Source: an uncultured Actinomycetota bacterium
Lineage (GTDB): Bacteria > Actinomycetota > Actinomycetes > JAHEKZ01
Reading direction: 5' to 3'
Assembly (NCBI GenBank): GCA_963718235.1
Contig: CAVQYR010000001.1
Span: forward strand, 1,600,001 to 1,664,000
Length of the DNA stretch: 64,000 bases
The translations under genes and the position numbers were made by a program. How positions within the stretch are numbered: position 1 is the stretch's first letter; each line of letters begins with the position of its first letter. This document shows positions 34,864-50,499 of the stretch, piece by piece. A model generated the notes under the pieces. It ran no database searches and had not been told where the DNA came from. It worked only from the letters and a program-made list of their open reading frames with translations.

Positions 34864-36146
34864 CGGCCTGGGTCGTGAAGGGTGCGCGAATCCTCGGCGG
34901 CGAGGAGCTCGACGTCGTCCTCGAAGACGGCGTGGTCGTCGAGGTCGGACCAGGGCTGTCCCGCGCCGAGGCGCAGGTCCTCGACGCCGACGGGCTCGTG
35001 CTGCTGCCCGGGCTGGTCGACCTGCACACCCACCTGCGCGAGCCGGGTCGTGAGGACGCCGAGACGGTCGAGACCGGAACCGCCGCGGCTGCCGTCGGCG
35101 GGTTCACCGCGGTGCACGCGATGGCCAACACCGACCCGGTGGCCGACACCGCCGGCGTGGTCGAGCAGGTCTGGCACCTGGGGCGTCGGGCCGGGCACTG
35201 TGACGTGCACCCGGTCGGCGCGGTCACCGTCGGCCTCGAGGGGGAGCAGCTGGCCGAGCTGGGCGCCATGGCCGAGTCCGCGGCCGCGGTGCGGGTCTTC
35301 TCCGACGACGGCCGGTGCGTGTCCGACGCCGTCCTGATGCGCCGGGCGCTGGAGTACGTCAAGGCGTTCGACGGGGTCGTGGCCCAGCACGCCCAGGAGC
35401 CGCGACTCACCGCCGACGCCCAGATGAACGAGAGCGCGGTCTCCGGGGTGCTGGGTCTGCGCGGCTGGCCGGCCGTGGCCGAGGAGGCGGTCATCGCCCG
35501 AGACGTGCTGCTGGCCGGGCACGTCGGCTCTCGGCTGCACGTGTGCCACGTGTCCACCGCGGGGTCGGTGGAGATCATCCGCTGGGCCAAGGGCAAGGGG
35601 ATCGACGTCACCGCAGAGGTGACGCCGCACCACCTGCTCCTCACCGACGAGCTCGTGCGCACCTACGACCCCGTGTACAAGGTCAACCCGCCGCTGCGCA
35701 CCGCCGAGGACGTCGCAGCGCTGCGTGAGGCCCTCGCCGACGGCACGATCGACGTCGTCGCCACCGACCACGCGCCGCACGCGGTCGAGGACAAGGACTG
35801 CGAGTGGGCGGCGGCCGCCTTCGGCATGGTCGGCCTGGAGACCGCGCTCGGGGTGGTCGCCCTGACCATGGTCGAGACCGGGCTGCTGGACTGGGCCGGC
35901 GTCGCCGACCGCATGTCGACCCGACCGGCCACCATCGGGCGCCTGGCCGCGCAGGGTCGCCCGATCGCCGTCGGTGAGCCGGCCAACCTGGTGCTGGTCG
36001 ACCCGGGCGCGGGCGCCGTGGTCGACCGGTCGCGGCTGGTGTCGCGCAGTCGGAACACGCCGTTCGCCGGGCTGACCCTTCCGGCTGCCCCGGTCGCCAC
36101 GTTCCTGCGCGGTCGGCTCACCGCCCGCGATGGGGAGGTGGCATGA
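34860..36146 (+). CDS. pyrC: Dihydroorotase
   Basis: [29 protein letters not shown]. Confidence 0.97.
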
Positions 36147-36766
36147 GCCCGCTGTCCCTGGCCGCGACGCTCGGCGCCTCCGCCTCCGCAGAGGTGACGG
36201 CGTGGCCGCAGCGGCTGCTGCTGACCGCCGCGACAGTGGCCGTGATCGTCGTGGTCGTGGCCCTGCTGGGCAAGGGCTGGCGCCGCCGCGCCCGGACCCA
36301 GCACGACGTCCCACCGCCGCAGACCGAGCCGCTGGCGGCCGTGGCCGCACCGCAGGTGTCGCCGGGGTCGTCGGCCGCCGAAGCCGCGCCCGTGCTCGCG
36401 CCGTGCCCCGGGCGCTACCTCGCCAGCACCCGGGCCGGGGACTGGCTCGACCGCCTGGTGGTGCACGGGCTGGGGGTGCCGAGCCGGGCCCAGCTGCTGG
36501 TGCTGCCGTCCGGGGTCTGGTGGCAGCGCGAGGGCGCCCGTGACGTGTTCGTCCCGGCGTCCGACGTGGTGTCAGCCCGCCTCGACCGGGGCATCGCCGG
36601 CGCCGTCTACGAGGACGGTGGCGTCGTCGTGGTCACCTGGCGGCTGGGCGACGTCGTCGTCGACACCGGGTTCCGGGCCCAGCAGTTCGACCGGCACCAC
36701 GAGATCGTCGAGGCGGTCGAGGGTCTGGTCGGCGCTCCCACTCCGGCGACCGGTGATGCCGCGTGA
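36143..36766 (+). CDS. Conserved actinobacterial membrane protein between pyrC and carA (PH-like domain)
   Basis: TM segment, GW.RR, Y.ST..G.WLDR..HGLG and TW.LG..DTGFR; overlapping start/stop on both sides. Confidence 0.8.
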   Translation: MSPLSLAATLGASASAEVTAWPQRLLLTAATVAVIVVVVALLGKGWRRRARTQHDVPPPQTEPLAAVAAPQVSPGSSAAEAAPVLAPCPGRYLASTRAGDWLDRLVVHGLGVPSRAQLLVLPSGVWWQREGARDVFVPASDVVSARLDRGIAGAVYEDGGVVVVTWRLGDVVVDTGFRAQQFDRHHEIVEAVEGLVGAPTPATGDAA

Positions 36767-37921
36767 GCGGGACCCGGGCCGGGCTCCGCGGCCACGGTGC
36801 CCCTGCCCTGCTCGTGCTGGAGGACGGTCGGACGTTCGAGGGGCAGGCGTTCGGGGCGACCGGGGAGACCTTCGGCGAGGCCGTGTTCTGCACGGCGATG
36901 ACCGGGTACCAGGAGACGCTGACCGACCCGTCGTACCACCGGCAGGTCGTGGTGCAGACGGCCCCGCAGATCGGGAACACCGGGGTCAACGACGAAGACC
37001 AGGAGTCCGCCCGGATCTGGGTCAGCGGCTACGTCGTGCGCGAGCCGTCCCCGGTCGCGTCGAGCTGGAGGTCCCGGCGCACCCTCGACGACGAGCTGCG
37101 GCGCAACGAAGTGGTGGGGATCAGCCGGGTCGACACCCGCGCGCTCACCCGACACCTGCGCGAGCGCGGCGCCATGCGGGTGGGCGTGTCCAGCATCGAG
37201 ACCGACCCGGCAGCGCTGCTTGAGCGGGTGCGCAACAGCCCCCAGATGGCGGGGGCCGACCTCACCGCGGACGTCTCGACCACCGAGCCCTACGTCGTGC
37301 CGGCCGTCGGTGAGAGGCGGTTCACCGTCGCCGCGGTCGACCTCGGGATCAAGGCGATGACCCCGCGCCGCCTGGCACAGCGGGGGGTCGAGGTCCACGT
37401 CCTCCCCGCCTCCGTGGGCATCGACGAGCTGCGCGCCCGTGGTCCCGACGGGGTGTTCTTCAGCAACGGGCCCGGGGACCCGGCGACTGCCGACACCGCG
37501 GTGACGCTGATGCAGGCAGTGCTCGCCCAGCGCCTTCCCACCTTCGGCATCTGCTTCGGGAACCAGATCCTGGGCCGAGCCCTGGGGTTCGGTACCTACA
37601 AGCTCGCCTACGGTCACCGCGGGATCAACCAGCCGGTGGCCGACCGGGCCACGGGCAAGGTCGAGATCAGCGCCCACAACCACGGGTTCGCGGTCGATGC
37701 CCCGTTGGACGGAGTGGTCGACACCGCGTTCGGGCGCGCGGAGGTCAGCCACGTCTGCCTCAACGACGACGTGGTCGAGGGGCTGCGCCTGCTCGACGTC
37801 CCGGCCTTCAGCGTCCAGTACCACCCGGAGGCGGCGGCCGGACCGCACGACTCCGACTACCTGTTCGACCGCTTCACCGAGCTCATGGCCTACGGACGCC
37901 CCCTGCCGGGAGGTGGCTCCC

Positions 37922-37935
<14 letters not shown>
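36763..37935 (+). CDS. carA: Carbamoyl-phosphate synthase small subunit
   Basis: [32 protein letters not shown]. Confidence 0.98.
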
Positions 37936-41212
<3,277 letters not shown>

Positions 41213-41213
41213 G

Positions 41214-42071
41214 ATGCCGGCCGTCCAGGTTCGTGGCGAGGTGCTCAAGATGCGCCGCGCCGGTGCCTACCACCAGCTCACGCTCGTGGCGCCGGGCATC
41301 GCCGAGCAGGTCCGCCCAGGGCACTTCGTCGCGCTGGCGGTGGGCGGCAACGACTCGAGCATGCTGCTGCGCCGGGCGTTCTCCATCTACCGGACCGAGG
41401 ACCGGGGGGTCTACGGCGGCACCGTGGAGATCGTGTTCGCCGAGCACGGGCGCGGAACCCGTTGGCTCGGCGCGGTGCGCCCGCACGACGCCATCGACGT
41501 CGTCGGCCCGCTGGGCAAGCCGTTCGCACTGCCTAAGGAGTCGGTCACCTGCACCCTGGTCGGCGGTGGCTACGGCAGCGCCCCGCTGTTCGGGCTGGCT
41601 GACCAGCTGCGCGCGCGTGGATGCCGGGTCGACGTCGTGCTCGGGGCGGCGACCGAGGACCGCCTGTTCGGCGTCCTGGAGGCCAAGCGGATGTCCCAGT
41701 CGGTGGCGATCACCACCGAGGACGGGTCGCTGGGGGAGCGCGGGAGGGTCACCGACGTGCTCCCCGACCTCCTGCAGCGCACCGGATCCGATGTCGTCTA
41801 CGCCTGCGGGCCGATGGGCATGCTGCGGGCGGTGGCCGAGCTCGCCGACCGCTACGGCGCGCACAGCCAGACCGCAGTCGAGGAGGCGATGGCGTGCGGT
41901 GTCGGTGTCTGCATGACCTGTGTGCTGCCCGTCGTCGGAGACGACGGGGTCACCCGGATGCTGCGCTCGTGCGTCGACGGACCGGTGTTCCGCGGCGACC
42001 GCGTCCGATGGGACGCCGTCGGCACGGTGCCGCCCGACACGCTCGGTGCTCCTGAGGCGGGGGGCCACTGA
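41214..42071 (+). CDS. pyrK: Dihydroorotate dehydrogenase electron-transfer subunit
   Basis: RRAFS, GPLG, GGGYG, ACGP, MACGVGVCMTC...CVDGPVF (2Fe-2S ligands). Confidence 0.93.
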   Translation: MPAVQVRGEVLKMRRAGAYHQLTLVAPGIAEQVRPGHFVALAVGGNDSSMLLRRAFSIYRTEDRGVYGGTVEIVFAEHGRGTRWLGAVRPHDAIDVVGPLGKPFALPKESVTCTLVGGGYGSAPLFGLADQLRARGCRVDVVLGAATEDRLFGVLEAKRMSQSVAITTEDGSLGERGRVTDVLPDLLQRTGSDVVYACGPMGMLRAVAELADRYGAHSQTAVEEAMACGVGVCMTCVLPVVGDDGVTRMLRSCVDGPVFRGDRVRWDAVGTVPPDTLGAPEAGGH

Positions 42072-43219
42072 TGACCCGACTGACCCGGGTGCTTCCCGCC
42101 GACAGCCAGGTGGAGTCGCTGCCGGACGTCGACATGACCACCCAGATCGGCGCCTGGACGCTGCCGAACCCGGTGATGACCGCATCAGGCTGCGCCGGAT
42201 ACGGACGCGAGCTCGACCAGTTCTTCGACATCGCCGAGATCGGTGCCGTCGTCACCAAGTCGATCATGCTGCGACCACGGTCGGGGAGGGCGACGCCGCG
42301 AATGGCGGAGACGCCGAGCGGCATGCTGAACTCGATCGGCCTGCAGGGCCCGGGGATCGACGCGTTCATCGAGCGCGACCTCCCGTGGCTGGAGGCCCGC
42401 GGGGTTCGGGTCGTCGTCTCCATCGCGGGCAACGACGCCGAGGAGTTCTCCCGGCTCGCGGCCCGGCTGCGACACACCACTGTGGTGAAGGCGGTCGAGG
42501 TCAACATCTCGTGCCCGAACGTGGCCAACCGCGGGCTGGTGTTCGCGTGCGACCCTCTGGCCAGCGCGTCGGTGGTGGCCGGGGTGCGGCGCAACAGCGC
42601 GCCCGGGGTACCGGTCATCGCCAAGCTGTCACCCGACGTCACCGACATCGTCGAGGTGGCGCGGGCCTGCGTCGACGCCGGGGCCGACGGCCTGGCCATG
42701 GTCAACACCCTGCTCGGCGTCGAGATCGACACCGACACCCTGCGTCCGCACCTGGCCGGGATCACCGGGGGGTTGTCCGGACCGGCGATCCGGCCGGTCG
42801 CGGTCCGTGCGGTCTGGCAGGTCCACCAGGCGATGCCCGACGTGCCGATCGTCGGCATGGGCGGTATCCGCAGCGGGCTCGACGCGCTGCAGTTCGTCCT
42901 GGCCGGAGCCCGGGCGGTGCAGGTCGGCACGGTGATCTTCAACGACCCCTCCGCCCCCATGCGGGTGCTGCACGAGCTGCAGCGGGCCCTGGCCGACCGG
43001 GGGTTCGACCGGTTGTCCGACGCCGTCGGGCGCGCGCACCGGGCGCAGCGACCCGCGGAGTCCGCAACGCCGGCCGACGCGGGACCTCCAGGCGACGACC
43101 CCGGCGGCAGCGAGCCCACCGGTCCCGGGCGTGACGGCGTCTCGCCGGCGGGGCCTGAGTCGACCAGCGGGACCACGGGCGACACCGATGGCCGCGGGTC
43201 GGCCGAGGACGAGGAGTGA
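42071..43219 (+). CDS. pyrD: Dihydroorotate dehydrogenase, family 1B
   Basis: [33 protein letters not shown]; acidic Pro/Gly-rich C-terminal tail. Confidence 0.95.
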   Translation: MTRLTRVLPADSQVESLPDVDMTTQIGAWTLPNPVMTASGCAGYGRELDQFFDIAEIGAVVTKSIMLRPRSGRATPRMAETPSGMLNSIGLQGPGIDAFIERDLPWLEARGVRVVVSIAGNDAEEFSRLAARLRHTTVVKAVEVNISCPNVANRGLVFACDPLASASVVAGVRRNSAPGVPVIAKLSPDVTDIVEVARACVDAGADGLAMVNTLLGVEIDTDTLRPHLAGITGGLSGPAIRPVAVRAVWQVHQAMPDVPIVGMGGIRSGLDALQFVLAGARAVQVGTVIFNDPSAPMRVLHELQRALADRGFDRLSDAVGRAHRAQRPAESATPADAGPPGDDPGGSEPTGPGRDGVSPAGPESTSGTTGDTDGRGSAEDEE

Positions 43220-43914
43220 CCGTGGGCTCCGGGCCCTCGCCGGTCGCGGTCGCCCTCGACGCGCCCGACCTGCCGACCGTGCTGCGCTGGGCGGCCGAGG
43301 TCGGCCCCTACGTGTCGGTGGTCAAGGTCGGGCTGGAGACCTACCTGCGCGACGGCCGGGCCGCGGTGACCCAGGTGGCCCAGGCCAGCGGGCGACCGGT
43401 GTTCTTGGACTTGAAGCTGCACGACATCCCGAACACCGTCGCCGGGGCGGTGCGTTCGGTGGCCGACCTGGAGCCGGCCTTCCTCACCGTGCATGCGAGC
43501 GGCGGAGCCGCGATGGTCCAAGCCGCGGTGCGGGCCCTGCCCGCGACGAGGGTCACCGCTGTCACCGTGCTCACCTCCTTGTCGTCGGACGACCTCGAGG
43601 CGGTCGGGTTGCGTGGCACTGCGTCGCAGGCGGCGCTGCGCCTGGCCGAGCTCGCCGTCGAGGCGGGTGCGACCGCGCTGGTCTGCTCGCCCCGTGAGGT
43701 CGCCGCCGTCAGGGCCGCCGTCGGCGCCGACGTCACCCTGGTCACTCCCGGCGTTCGCCCGGCGGGGGCGTCAGGCGACGACCAGGCACGCACAGCGACC
43801 CCGCAGCAGGCGCTCGCCGACGGAGCCGACCTGCTCGTGGTCGGCCGGCCGATCACCGCTGCGGAGAACCCCGCCGCGGCGGCCCGAGCCCTGCGCGACC
43901 TGCTGGTCGGCTGA
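43216..43914 (+). CDS. pyrF: Orotidine-5'-phosphate decarboxylase
   Basis: [30 protein letters not shown]. Confidence 0.97.
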   Translation: MTVGSGPSPVAVALDAPDLPTVLRWAAEVGPYVSVVKVGLETYLRDGRAAVTQVAQASGRPVFLDLKLHDIPNTVAGAVRSVADLEPAFLTVHASGGAAMVQAAVRALPATRVTAVTVLTSLSSDDLEAVGLRGTASQAALRLAELAVEAGATALVCSPREVAAVRAAVGADVTLVTPGVRPAGASGDDQARTATPQQALADGADLLVVGRPITAAENPAAAARALRDLLVG

Positions 43915-44063
43915 GGTCGGCTGCGGTCCGGCGCCGTCCCCCTCCGGTCAGGGCCGCCGACGGGTGGCGGTCGCTGGCGCGGAGTCGCTAAGTTCACCGT
44001 CGTGCCGCCGATGTCCGTCCGTCCCGCTCCTGGCCGTAGGCCTGGGTCCGCCGAGCTCTCGAG

Positions 44064-44402
44064 GTGTCCCGCGTGGCGCTGCCGCCCCTGACCGCCGAAC
44101 AGCGCCAGGCCGCGCTGGAGAAGGCCGCGATCGCCCGACGCGAGCGCGCCATCGTCAAGAACCGCCTCAAGCACTCGGGTGAGTCGCTGTCCGCCGTCCT
44201 CCACGAGGGCCAGAAGGACACCGACTCCGGACGGATCATCGGCAAGATGAAGGTGACCGCCCTGCTCGAGTCGTTGCCCGGTGTGGGCAAGGTACGGGCC
44301 CGCCAGATCATGGAGCGGCTGGCCATCTCGCCCAGCCGCCGGGTCCGTGGGCTGGGGACCAACCAGATCGCCGCGCTCGAGCACGAGTTCCCGTCGCGCT
44401 GA
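44064..44402 (+). CDS. mihF: Actinobacterial integration host factor (mIHF)
   Basis: [38 protein letters not shown]. The start may be GTG at 44073. Confidence 0.95.
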   Translation: MSRVALPPLTAEQRQAALEKAAIARRERAIVKNRLKHSGESLSAVLHEGQKDTDSGRIIGKMKVTALLESLPGVGKVRARQIMERLAISPSRRVRGLGTNQIAALEHEFPSR

Positions 44403-44403
44403 G

Positions 44404-44979
44404 GTGACCGCGAACCTGGCGGGTGACCGACCCCGCCTCGTCGTGCTGTCCGGGCCCAGCGGCGTGGGCAAGAGCACCGTGGTGTCCTGGCTGCGCGCGC
44501 ACCACCCGCAGGTGTGGGTGTCGGTGTCGGCGACCACCCGGGCCGCCCGGCCGGGGGAGATCGACGGGGTGAACTACCGCTTCGTCACCGAGGAGCAGTT
44601 CGACGAGCTCGTCAGCGACCGCGCCCTGCTGGAGTGGGCGGAGTTCGCCGGCCACCGCTACGGGACCCCACGAGCACCGGTGGACAAGCGGCTGGGGACC
44701 GGGGTGCCCGTGCTGCTGGAGATCGAGCTGGAGGGCGCGCGGCAGGTCCGGGCCGCGATGCCGGACGCGCTGCTGGTGTTCCTCGCGCCGCCCTCGTGGG
44801 AGGTGCTGGAGCAGCGGCTGGTCGGACGGGGGACCGAGCCGGCCGAGGTCATCGCCCGGCGCCTGGCCCGGGCCCGGGTCGAGCTGGAGGCGGCCAGCGA
44901 GTTCGACGAGGTCCTGGTCAACGACGAGGTCGAACGGGTGGGGGCGGCCTTGGTAGACTTCGTCGACGGTTCGTCCTGA
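44404..44979 (+). CDS. gmk: Guanylate kinase
   Basis: GPSGVGKS P-loop, SATTR..RPGE.DG..Y.F, YGTP. Confidence 0.96.
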   Translation: MTANLAGDRPRLVVLSGPSGVGKSTVVSWLRAHHPQVWVSVSATTRAARPGEIDGVNYRFVTEEQFDELVSDRALLEWAEFAGHRYGTPRAPVDKRLGTGVPVLLEIELEGARQVRAAMPDALLVFLAPPSWEVLEQRLVGRGTEPAEVIARRLARARVELEAASEFDEVLVNDEVERVGAALVDFVDGSS

Positions 44980-45044
44980 CCGGCCGGCCCCGAGCACCCG
45001 AGATCACCCGCCCGAGCACCACCCCCCGAGCACCAGGAGTTCCC

Positions 45045-45314
45045 TTGTCCGGAGTCCACGCCGTCCCCGAGGGCATCACCAACCCGCCCATCGACGAGCT
45101 GCTCACCAAGGCCGACTCCAAGTACGCCCTGGTGCTCTACTCGGCCAAGCGGGCCCGCCAGATCAACGCGTACTACTCCCAGCTCGGTGAGGGGCTCCTG
45201 GAGTACGTCGGCCCGCTGGTCGAGACCCACGTGCAGGAGAAGCCGTTGTCCATCGCCATGCGCGAGATCAACGCCGACCTGCTCACGATCGAGAAGACCG
45301 ACGGCGAAGGCTGA
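45045..45314 (+). CDS. rpoZ: RNA polymerase omega subunit
   Basis: [31 protein letters not shown]; TTG start with SD AGGAG. Confidence 0.96.
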   Translation: MSGVHAVPEGITNPPIDELLTKADSKYALVLYSAKRARQINAYYSQLGEGLLEYVGPLVETHVQEKPLSIAMREINADLLTIEKTDGEG

Positions 45315-45356
45315 GCCCTCGCACCACGCGGGGACCGGCGCGCCACAGGAGGCCTG

Positions 45357-46565
45357 ATGGCCCGGATCGTGCTGGGAGTCTCCGGCGGAGTCGCTGCCTA
45401 CAAGGCCGTTGAGCTGCTGCGCCTGCTCACCGAGGCCGGGCACGACGTGACGGTGGTGCCGACCCGAGCGGCACTGGCCTTCGTCGGGGCGCCGACCTGG
45501 GCCGCCCTGTCCGGCCACCCGGTGACCTCCGAGGTCTGGGACGACGTCGACCGGGTGCGTCACGTGAGCCTGGGCCAGGGTGCTGACCTCGTGGTCGTCG
45601 CCCCGGCCACCGCCGACCTGCTCGCTCGCGCGGCCCACGGCCTGGCCGACGACCTGCTCACCAACGTGCTGCTCACGGCCACCTGCCCGGTGCTCATGGC
45701 CCCGGCCATGCACACCGAGATGTGGCGTCACCCGGCGACCGTGGCCAATGTCGCGACCCTGCGTGCGCGAGGGGTCGACGTCGTCGAGCCTGACGTCGGC
45801 CGTCTCACCGGTGCCGACTCCGGTCCCGGTCGCCTTCCGCAGCCACAGCAGCTGGCCGAGCACTGCCTGCGCGCCCTGGCCGGGACCCGACGCCCTCGTG
45901 ACCTGGCCGGGCGCACGGTCGTGGTCACCGCGGGCGGCACCCGTGAGGCCCTGGACCCGGTGCGGTACCTGGGCAACCGGTCGTCCGGTCGCCAGGGCTG
46001 GGCCCTGGCCGAGTCGGCCCGCGACCGAGGTGCCGAGGTCATCCTGGTTGCCGCCAACGTCGCGCTCGAGCCACCGTCGGGGGTGACTGTCGTCCCGGTG
46101 GTCTCCGCCGAGCAGCTGCGGGTGGCGGTGCACGAGGCCGCGGCCGGCGTCGACGCCGTGGTGATGGCCGCTGCGGTGGCCGACTTCCGTCCGGTGGTGG
46201 TGGCCCCGAGCAAGGTGAAGAAGGACGACGGTCCGCCTGGTCCGGTCGTGCTCGAGCCGACGACCGACGTCCTCGTCGAGCTGGTCGCCAAGCAGACGCC
46301 GGGGCAGGTCGTGGTCGGGTTCGCCGCCGAGACGGGCGACGACGACGCCGACTGGCGCGCTCACGGCCGGGCCAAGCTCACCCGCAAGGGCTGCGACCTG
46401 CTCGTGGTCAACCAGGTGGGTGACGACCTGGCGTTCGGGACTCCCGACAACGCCGCACTCGTGCTCGGCGCGGACGGGTCGCAGGTCGAGGTCCCCCTGG
46501 GACCCAAGCGCGCCCTGGCGGAGGTCGTCTGGGACCTCGTCAGCCAGCGGCTGCCCGCTCGCTAG
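45357..46565 (+). CDS. coaBC: Phosphopantothenoylcysteine decarboxylase/synthetase
   Basis: [41 protein letters not shown]. Confidence 0.97.
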   Translation: MARIVLGVSGGVAAYKAVELLRLLTEAGHDVTVVPTRAALAFVGAPTWAALSGHPVTSEVWDDVDRVRHVSLGQGADLVVVAPATADLLARAAHGLADDLLTNVLLTATCPVLMAPAMHTEMWRHPATVANVATLRARGVDVVEPDVGRLTGADSGPGRLPQPQQLAEHCLRALAGTRRPRDLAGRTVVVTAGGTREALDPVRYLGNRSSGRQGWALAESARDRGAEVILVAANVALEPPSGVTVVPVVSAEQLRVAVHEAAAGVDAVVMAAAVADFRPVVVAPSKVKKDDGPPGPVVLEPTTDVLVELVAKQTPGQVVVGFAAETGDDDADWRAHGRAKLTRKGCDLLVVNQVGDDLAFGTPDNAALVLGADGSQVEVPLGPKRALAEVVWDLVSQRLPAR

Positions 46566-46623
46566 GCTGGCGTACCTCAGCCGGGGCTCCCCGGCCCCGT
46601 CGTCCGTTCGAGGAGAGTCACCC

Positions 46624-47820
46624 GTGTCTCGTCGTCTGTTCACGTCTGAGTCCGTCACCGAGGGTCACCCGGACAAGATCGCCGACCAGATCAGTGACTC
46701 GATCCTGGATGCACTGCTCAAGGAGGACCCGACGAGCCGGGTCGCGGTCGAGACGCTCGTCACCACCGGTCAGGTGCATGTGGCCGGTGAGGTCACCACC
46801 AGCGGCTACGTCGACATCCCCACCATCGTGCGGGAGCGAGTGCTCGAGATCGGCTACGACTCCAGCAAGAAGGGGTTCGACGGCACGTCCTGCGGCGTCT
46901 CGGTGTCGATCGGTGCCCAGTCACCGGACATCGCCCAGGGCGTCGACGACGCCTACGAGGAGCGCCACGACCACTCCCACGACCCGCTGGACCGACAGGG
47001 GGCCGGTGACCAGGGGCTGATGTTCGGCTACGCGTGCACCGACACCCCCGAGCTGATGCCGCTGCCGATCATGCTCGCCCACCGGCTGGCCAAGCGGCTG
47101 GCCGACGTGCGCAAGGACGGGCTCGTGCCGTACCTGCGCCCCGACGGCAAGACCCAGGTGACCATCGAGTACGACCACGACGAGAAGCCCGTTCGCCTGG
47201 ACACCGTCGTCGTCTCGACCCAGCACGCGGCGGACATCGACCTGGAGACCCTGCTGCAGCCGGACATCGAGGAGCTGGTGATCGCCCCGGTGCTCGAGGG
47301 TGTGGCGATCGACCACGACGGCTACCGGGTCCTGGTCAACCCCACCGGGCGGTTCGAGATCGGTGGGCCGATGGGCGACGCCGGTCTCACCGGCCGCAAG
47401 ATCATCATCGACACCTACGGTGGCATGGCCCGGCACGGCGGCGGTGCCTTCTCCGGCAAGGACCCGAGCAAGGTCGACCGGTCCGCCGCCTACGCGATGC
47501 GCTGGGTGGCCAAGAACGTGGTGGCGGCGAACCTGGCCACCCGGTGCGAGGTGCAGGTCGCCTACGCGATCGGGAAGTCCCACCCGGTCGGGCTGTTCGT
47601 CGAGACGTTCGGCACCGGGGTCGTCGACGACGAGGTGATCCAGGACGCCGTCCTGCAGGTCTTCGACCTGCGCCCGGCCGCCCTGATCCGCGACCTCGAC
47701 CTGATGCGCCCGATCTACGCCCAGACCGCGGCCTACGGCCACTTCGGCCGCGAGCTGCCGGACTTCACCTGGGAGCGCACCGACCGGGCCGCCTCCCTGG
47801 CCGCGGCCGTCGGCGTCTGA
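46624..47820 (+). CDS. metK: S-adenosylmethionine synthetase
   Basis: [28 protein letters not shown]. Confidence 0.98.
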   Translation: MSRRLFTSESVTEGHPDKIADQISDSILDALLKEDPTSRVAVETLVTTGQVHVAGEVTTSGYVDIPTIVRERVLEIGYDSSKKGFDGTSCGVSVSIGAQSPDIAQGVDDAYEERHDHSHDPLDRQGAGDQGLMFGYACTDTPELMPLPIMLAHRLAKRLADVRKDGLVPYLRPDGKTQVTIEYDHDEKPVRLDTVVVSTQHAADIDLETLLQPDIEELVIAPVLEGVAIDHDGYRVLVNPTGRFEIGGPMGDAGLTGRKIIIDTYGGMARHGGGAFSGKDPSKVDRSAAYAMRWVAKNVVAANLATRCEVQVAYAIGKSHPVGLFVETFGTGVVDDEVIQDAVLQVFDLRPAALIRDLDLMRPIYAQTAAYGHFGRELPDFTWERTDRAASLAAAVGV

Positions 47821-47840
47821 GCCGACCACGTGACGGGGTC

Positions 47841-49842
47841 GTGAGCTCGTCGAAGCCGGCCGCCAGGCGCCGGCGGCGGCTCCCCGGCCCGCCCGACGAG
47901 CCGGCCCCGGTCCTGCCGGTCGGTCGGGTCGCCGTCGACGTCTCGCTGGCCCACCTCGACCGCCCCTTCGACTACCTGGTCCCCGCGTCGCTGGACGCCG
48001 TGGCCGTTCCCGGCTGCCGGGTGAGGGTCCGATTCGCTGGTCAGCTGGTCGACGGCTACCTGCTGGAGCGCACCGAGAGCTCCACGCACGAAGGCCGCCT
48101 CAGCCCGATCGCCACCGTGGTCTCGGCGTGTCCCGTCGTGTCCCCCGAGGTCGCTCGTCTGGCTCGCGCCGTGGCCGACCGGTACGGCGGGACGCTGGTC
48201 GACGTCCTGCGGCTGGCCGTACCGCCGCGGCACGCGGCGGTGGAGAAGGAGGCCCGGCCCGACCCCGCTTGGGCCGCCGCCCCGGCGCCCCCGGACGCTG
48301 GGCCGTGGGCGGAGTACCCGACCGGGGCGGCCTACGTCGAGGCGCTCGCGACCGGTCGCTCGCCACGGGCGGTGTGGGCGGCCCTGCCCGGCGACGCCTG
48401 GGTCGAGGCGCTCGCGGTTGCCGCCGCAGCCACCCGCGCGTCGGGTCGGGGCGTCCTGGTCGTGGCGCCGGACCAGCGTGACCTCCAGCGACTGTCGGCC
48501 GGGCTGGCCGCCCGGGTCGGCGCGGAGGGCGGTCGTCGTCCTCACCGCCGAGGTGGGTCCACGCGAGCGCTACCGCCGGTGGCTGGCCGTGCGGCGCGGC
48601 GAGGCTCGGGTAGTCGTCGGGACCAGAGCGGCCATGTTCGCCCCCGTGGCCGAGCTCGGGCTGGTGGCGGTCTGGGACGACGGCGACGACCTGCACGCCG
48701 AGCCCCGGGCGCCCTACCCGCACGTGCGTGAGGTGCTGGCCCTGCGCTCGCACCTCGACGGTGCCGCGCTGCTCGTCGGCGGGTTCGCGGTCACCGCAGA
48801 GGGTGCGGCCCTGGTCGAGCGGGGCTTCGCCCGGCCGCTGGCCGGGCGGCGTGGCGTGGTGCGGTCGCACGCGCCGCGGGTCCGCGCGATCGACGACGCG
48901 GTGGGCGACCGCGACGACCCGGCCGCCCGGTCGGCCCGCCTGCCGACCCTCGCCTGGCGGACGGCACACGAAGCCCTGACCAGCGGCCCCGTTCTGGTCC
49001 AGGTGCCCCGCCGCGGCTACGTCCCGGCGGTGGGCTGCGCCCGCTGCCACGCCCGCGCCACGTGCCCGGTCTGCCATGGCCCGTTCGGCCTGTCCGGGGC
49101 CAGCGCGGTTCCGGTCTGCCGCTGGTGCGGTCGGGCCGAGCCACAGTGGCGGTGCCCGGAGTGCGGCTTCGGCCGGCTGCGGGCCCGGGTCGTGGGGGCG
49201 CGCCGCACGGCTGACGAGCTCGGCCGGGCCTTCGCGTCGGTCCCCGTCGTCACGTCGGGTGGCGGCGACGTGCGGGCGGAGGTGTCGGGCCGACCAGCCC
49301 TGGTCGTCGCGACGCCAGGCGCCGAGCCGGTCGCCGAGGGCGGCTACGTGGCGGCGCTGCTGCTCGACGCGTGGGCCCTGCTCGGCCGGCACGACCTGCG
49401 GGCCGGGGAGGAGGCGCTGCGCCGGTGGCTGAACGCCGCCGCGCTGGTGCGCCCGGCCGACCGGGGCGGCCGGGTCGTGGTCGTTGCCGACGCCGGGGCC
49501 CGTGCGGTCCAGTCCCTGGTCCGGTGGGACCCGGTCGGCTTCGCCGAGCGAGAGCTGGTCGAGCGGCAGAGTGCGGGGCTCCCGCCGGCGGTGCGCCTCG
49601 CCGTGCTGACCGGGTCGGCGGAGGGCGTCGACGACGTCCTGGCCCGCGCCGACCTGCCGGACACCGTCGACGTCCTCGGCCCGACGGCGGAGGCCGACGG
49701 CACGGTGCGGGCGATCGCACGGGCACCCCTGAGCCGTGCGTCGGGGCTGGTGAGCGCGCTGCGTCGCGCGCAGGGCGAGCGCAGCGCCCGCAAGGAGGCC
49801 GAGCACGTCCGCCTCCAGGTCGACCCCCCCGTCCTCGGCTGA
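47841..49842 (+). CDS. priA: Primosomal protein N'; frameshift near 48527
   Basis: HLDRPFDY and LRLAVPPRHA in one frame; GTRAAMFAP, PRRGY and four CxxC motifs in the next. Confidence 0.92.
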
Positions 49843-49914
49843 GCCCACGACTCCGGAGAGGTGGCGGCCTTCTGCGCGCGCGTAGCCGCCACAGCTCCGG
49901 AGTGACGTGGGCTC
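49841..49914. repeat. 74-nt imperfect palindrome between priA and def
   Basis: GAGCCCACG/CGTGGGCTC, ACTCCGGAG/CTCCGGAGT and GTGGCGGC/GCCGCCAC: 26 paired positions. Confidence 0.8.
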
Positions 49915-49950
49915 GTAGACTGGGCGCCGTCCTCGACCTGGGAGCCTCGC

Positions 49951-50496
49951 ATGTCGGTCCAACCGATTCGCCTCTTCGGCGACCCGGTTCTTCGCACGTC
50001 GGCCTCACCGGTCGTCGACTTCGACAAGGAGCTGCGCACCCTGGTCAAGGACCTCACCGAGACGATGATCGACGCGCCGGGCGTGGGCCTGGCCGCGCCC
50101 CAGCTGGGCGTCTCGCTGCGGGTCTTCACCTACGACGTCGACGATGTCGTCGGACACCTGGTCAACCCGGTGCTCGACCTCACCGAGGAGCAGCAGGACG
50201 GCGAGGAGGGCTGCCTGTCCCTGCCCGGGCTGGTGTTCGACACCCCGCGCGCGTACGGCGTGGTCGCCAAGGGGTTCAACATGTACGGCGACCCCGTGGT
50301 GATCGAGGGCACCGAGCTGCTCGCCCGCTGTGTGCAGCACGAGGCCGACCACCTCGACGGGATCTTGTTCATCGACCGGCTCGACGGCGAGCAGCGCAAG
50401 GCCGCGATGAAGGCGATCCGGGAGGCCGAGTGGGCCCAGGAGGCCGTACCGGTCGTGAAGGTCAGCCCGCACGCGACCTTCGGCAAGGCGTTCTGA
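49951..50496 (+). CDS. def: Peptide deformylase
   Basis: GVGLAAPQ, EGCLS, QHEADHLDG. Confidence 0.98.
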   Translation: MSVQPIRLFGDPVLRTSASPVVDFDKELRTLVKDLTETMIDAPGVGLAAPQLGVSLRVFTYDVDDVVGHLVNPVLDLTEEQQDGEEGCLSLPGLVFDTPRAYGVVAKGFNMYGDPVVIEGTELLARCVQHEADHLDGILFIDRLDGEQRKAAMKAIREAEWAQEAVPVVKVSPHATFGKAF

Positions 50497-50499
50497 CAA

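Noticed and set aside
46566-46623. SAM riboswitch before metK
   Set aside because: The leader is under 60 nt with one small GC hairpin and no recognisable SAM-riboswitch core.
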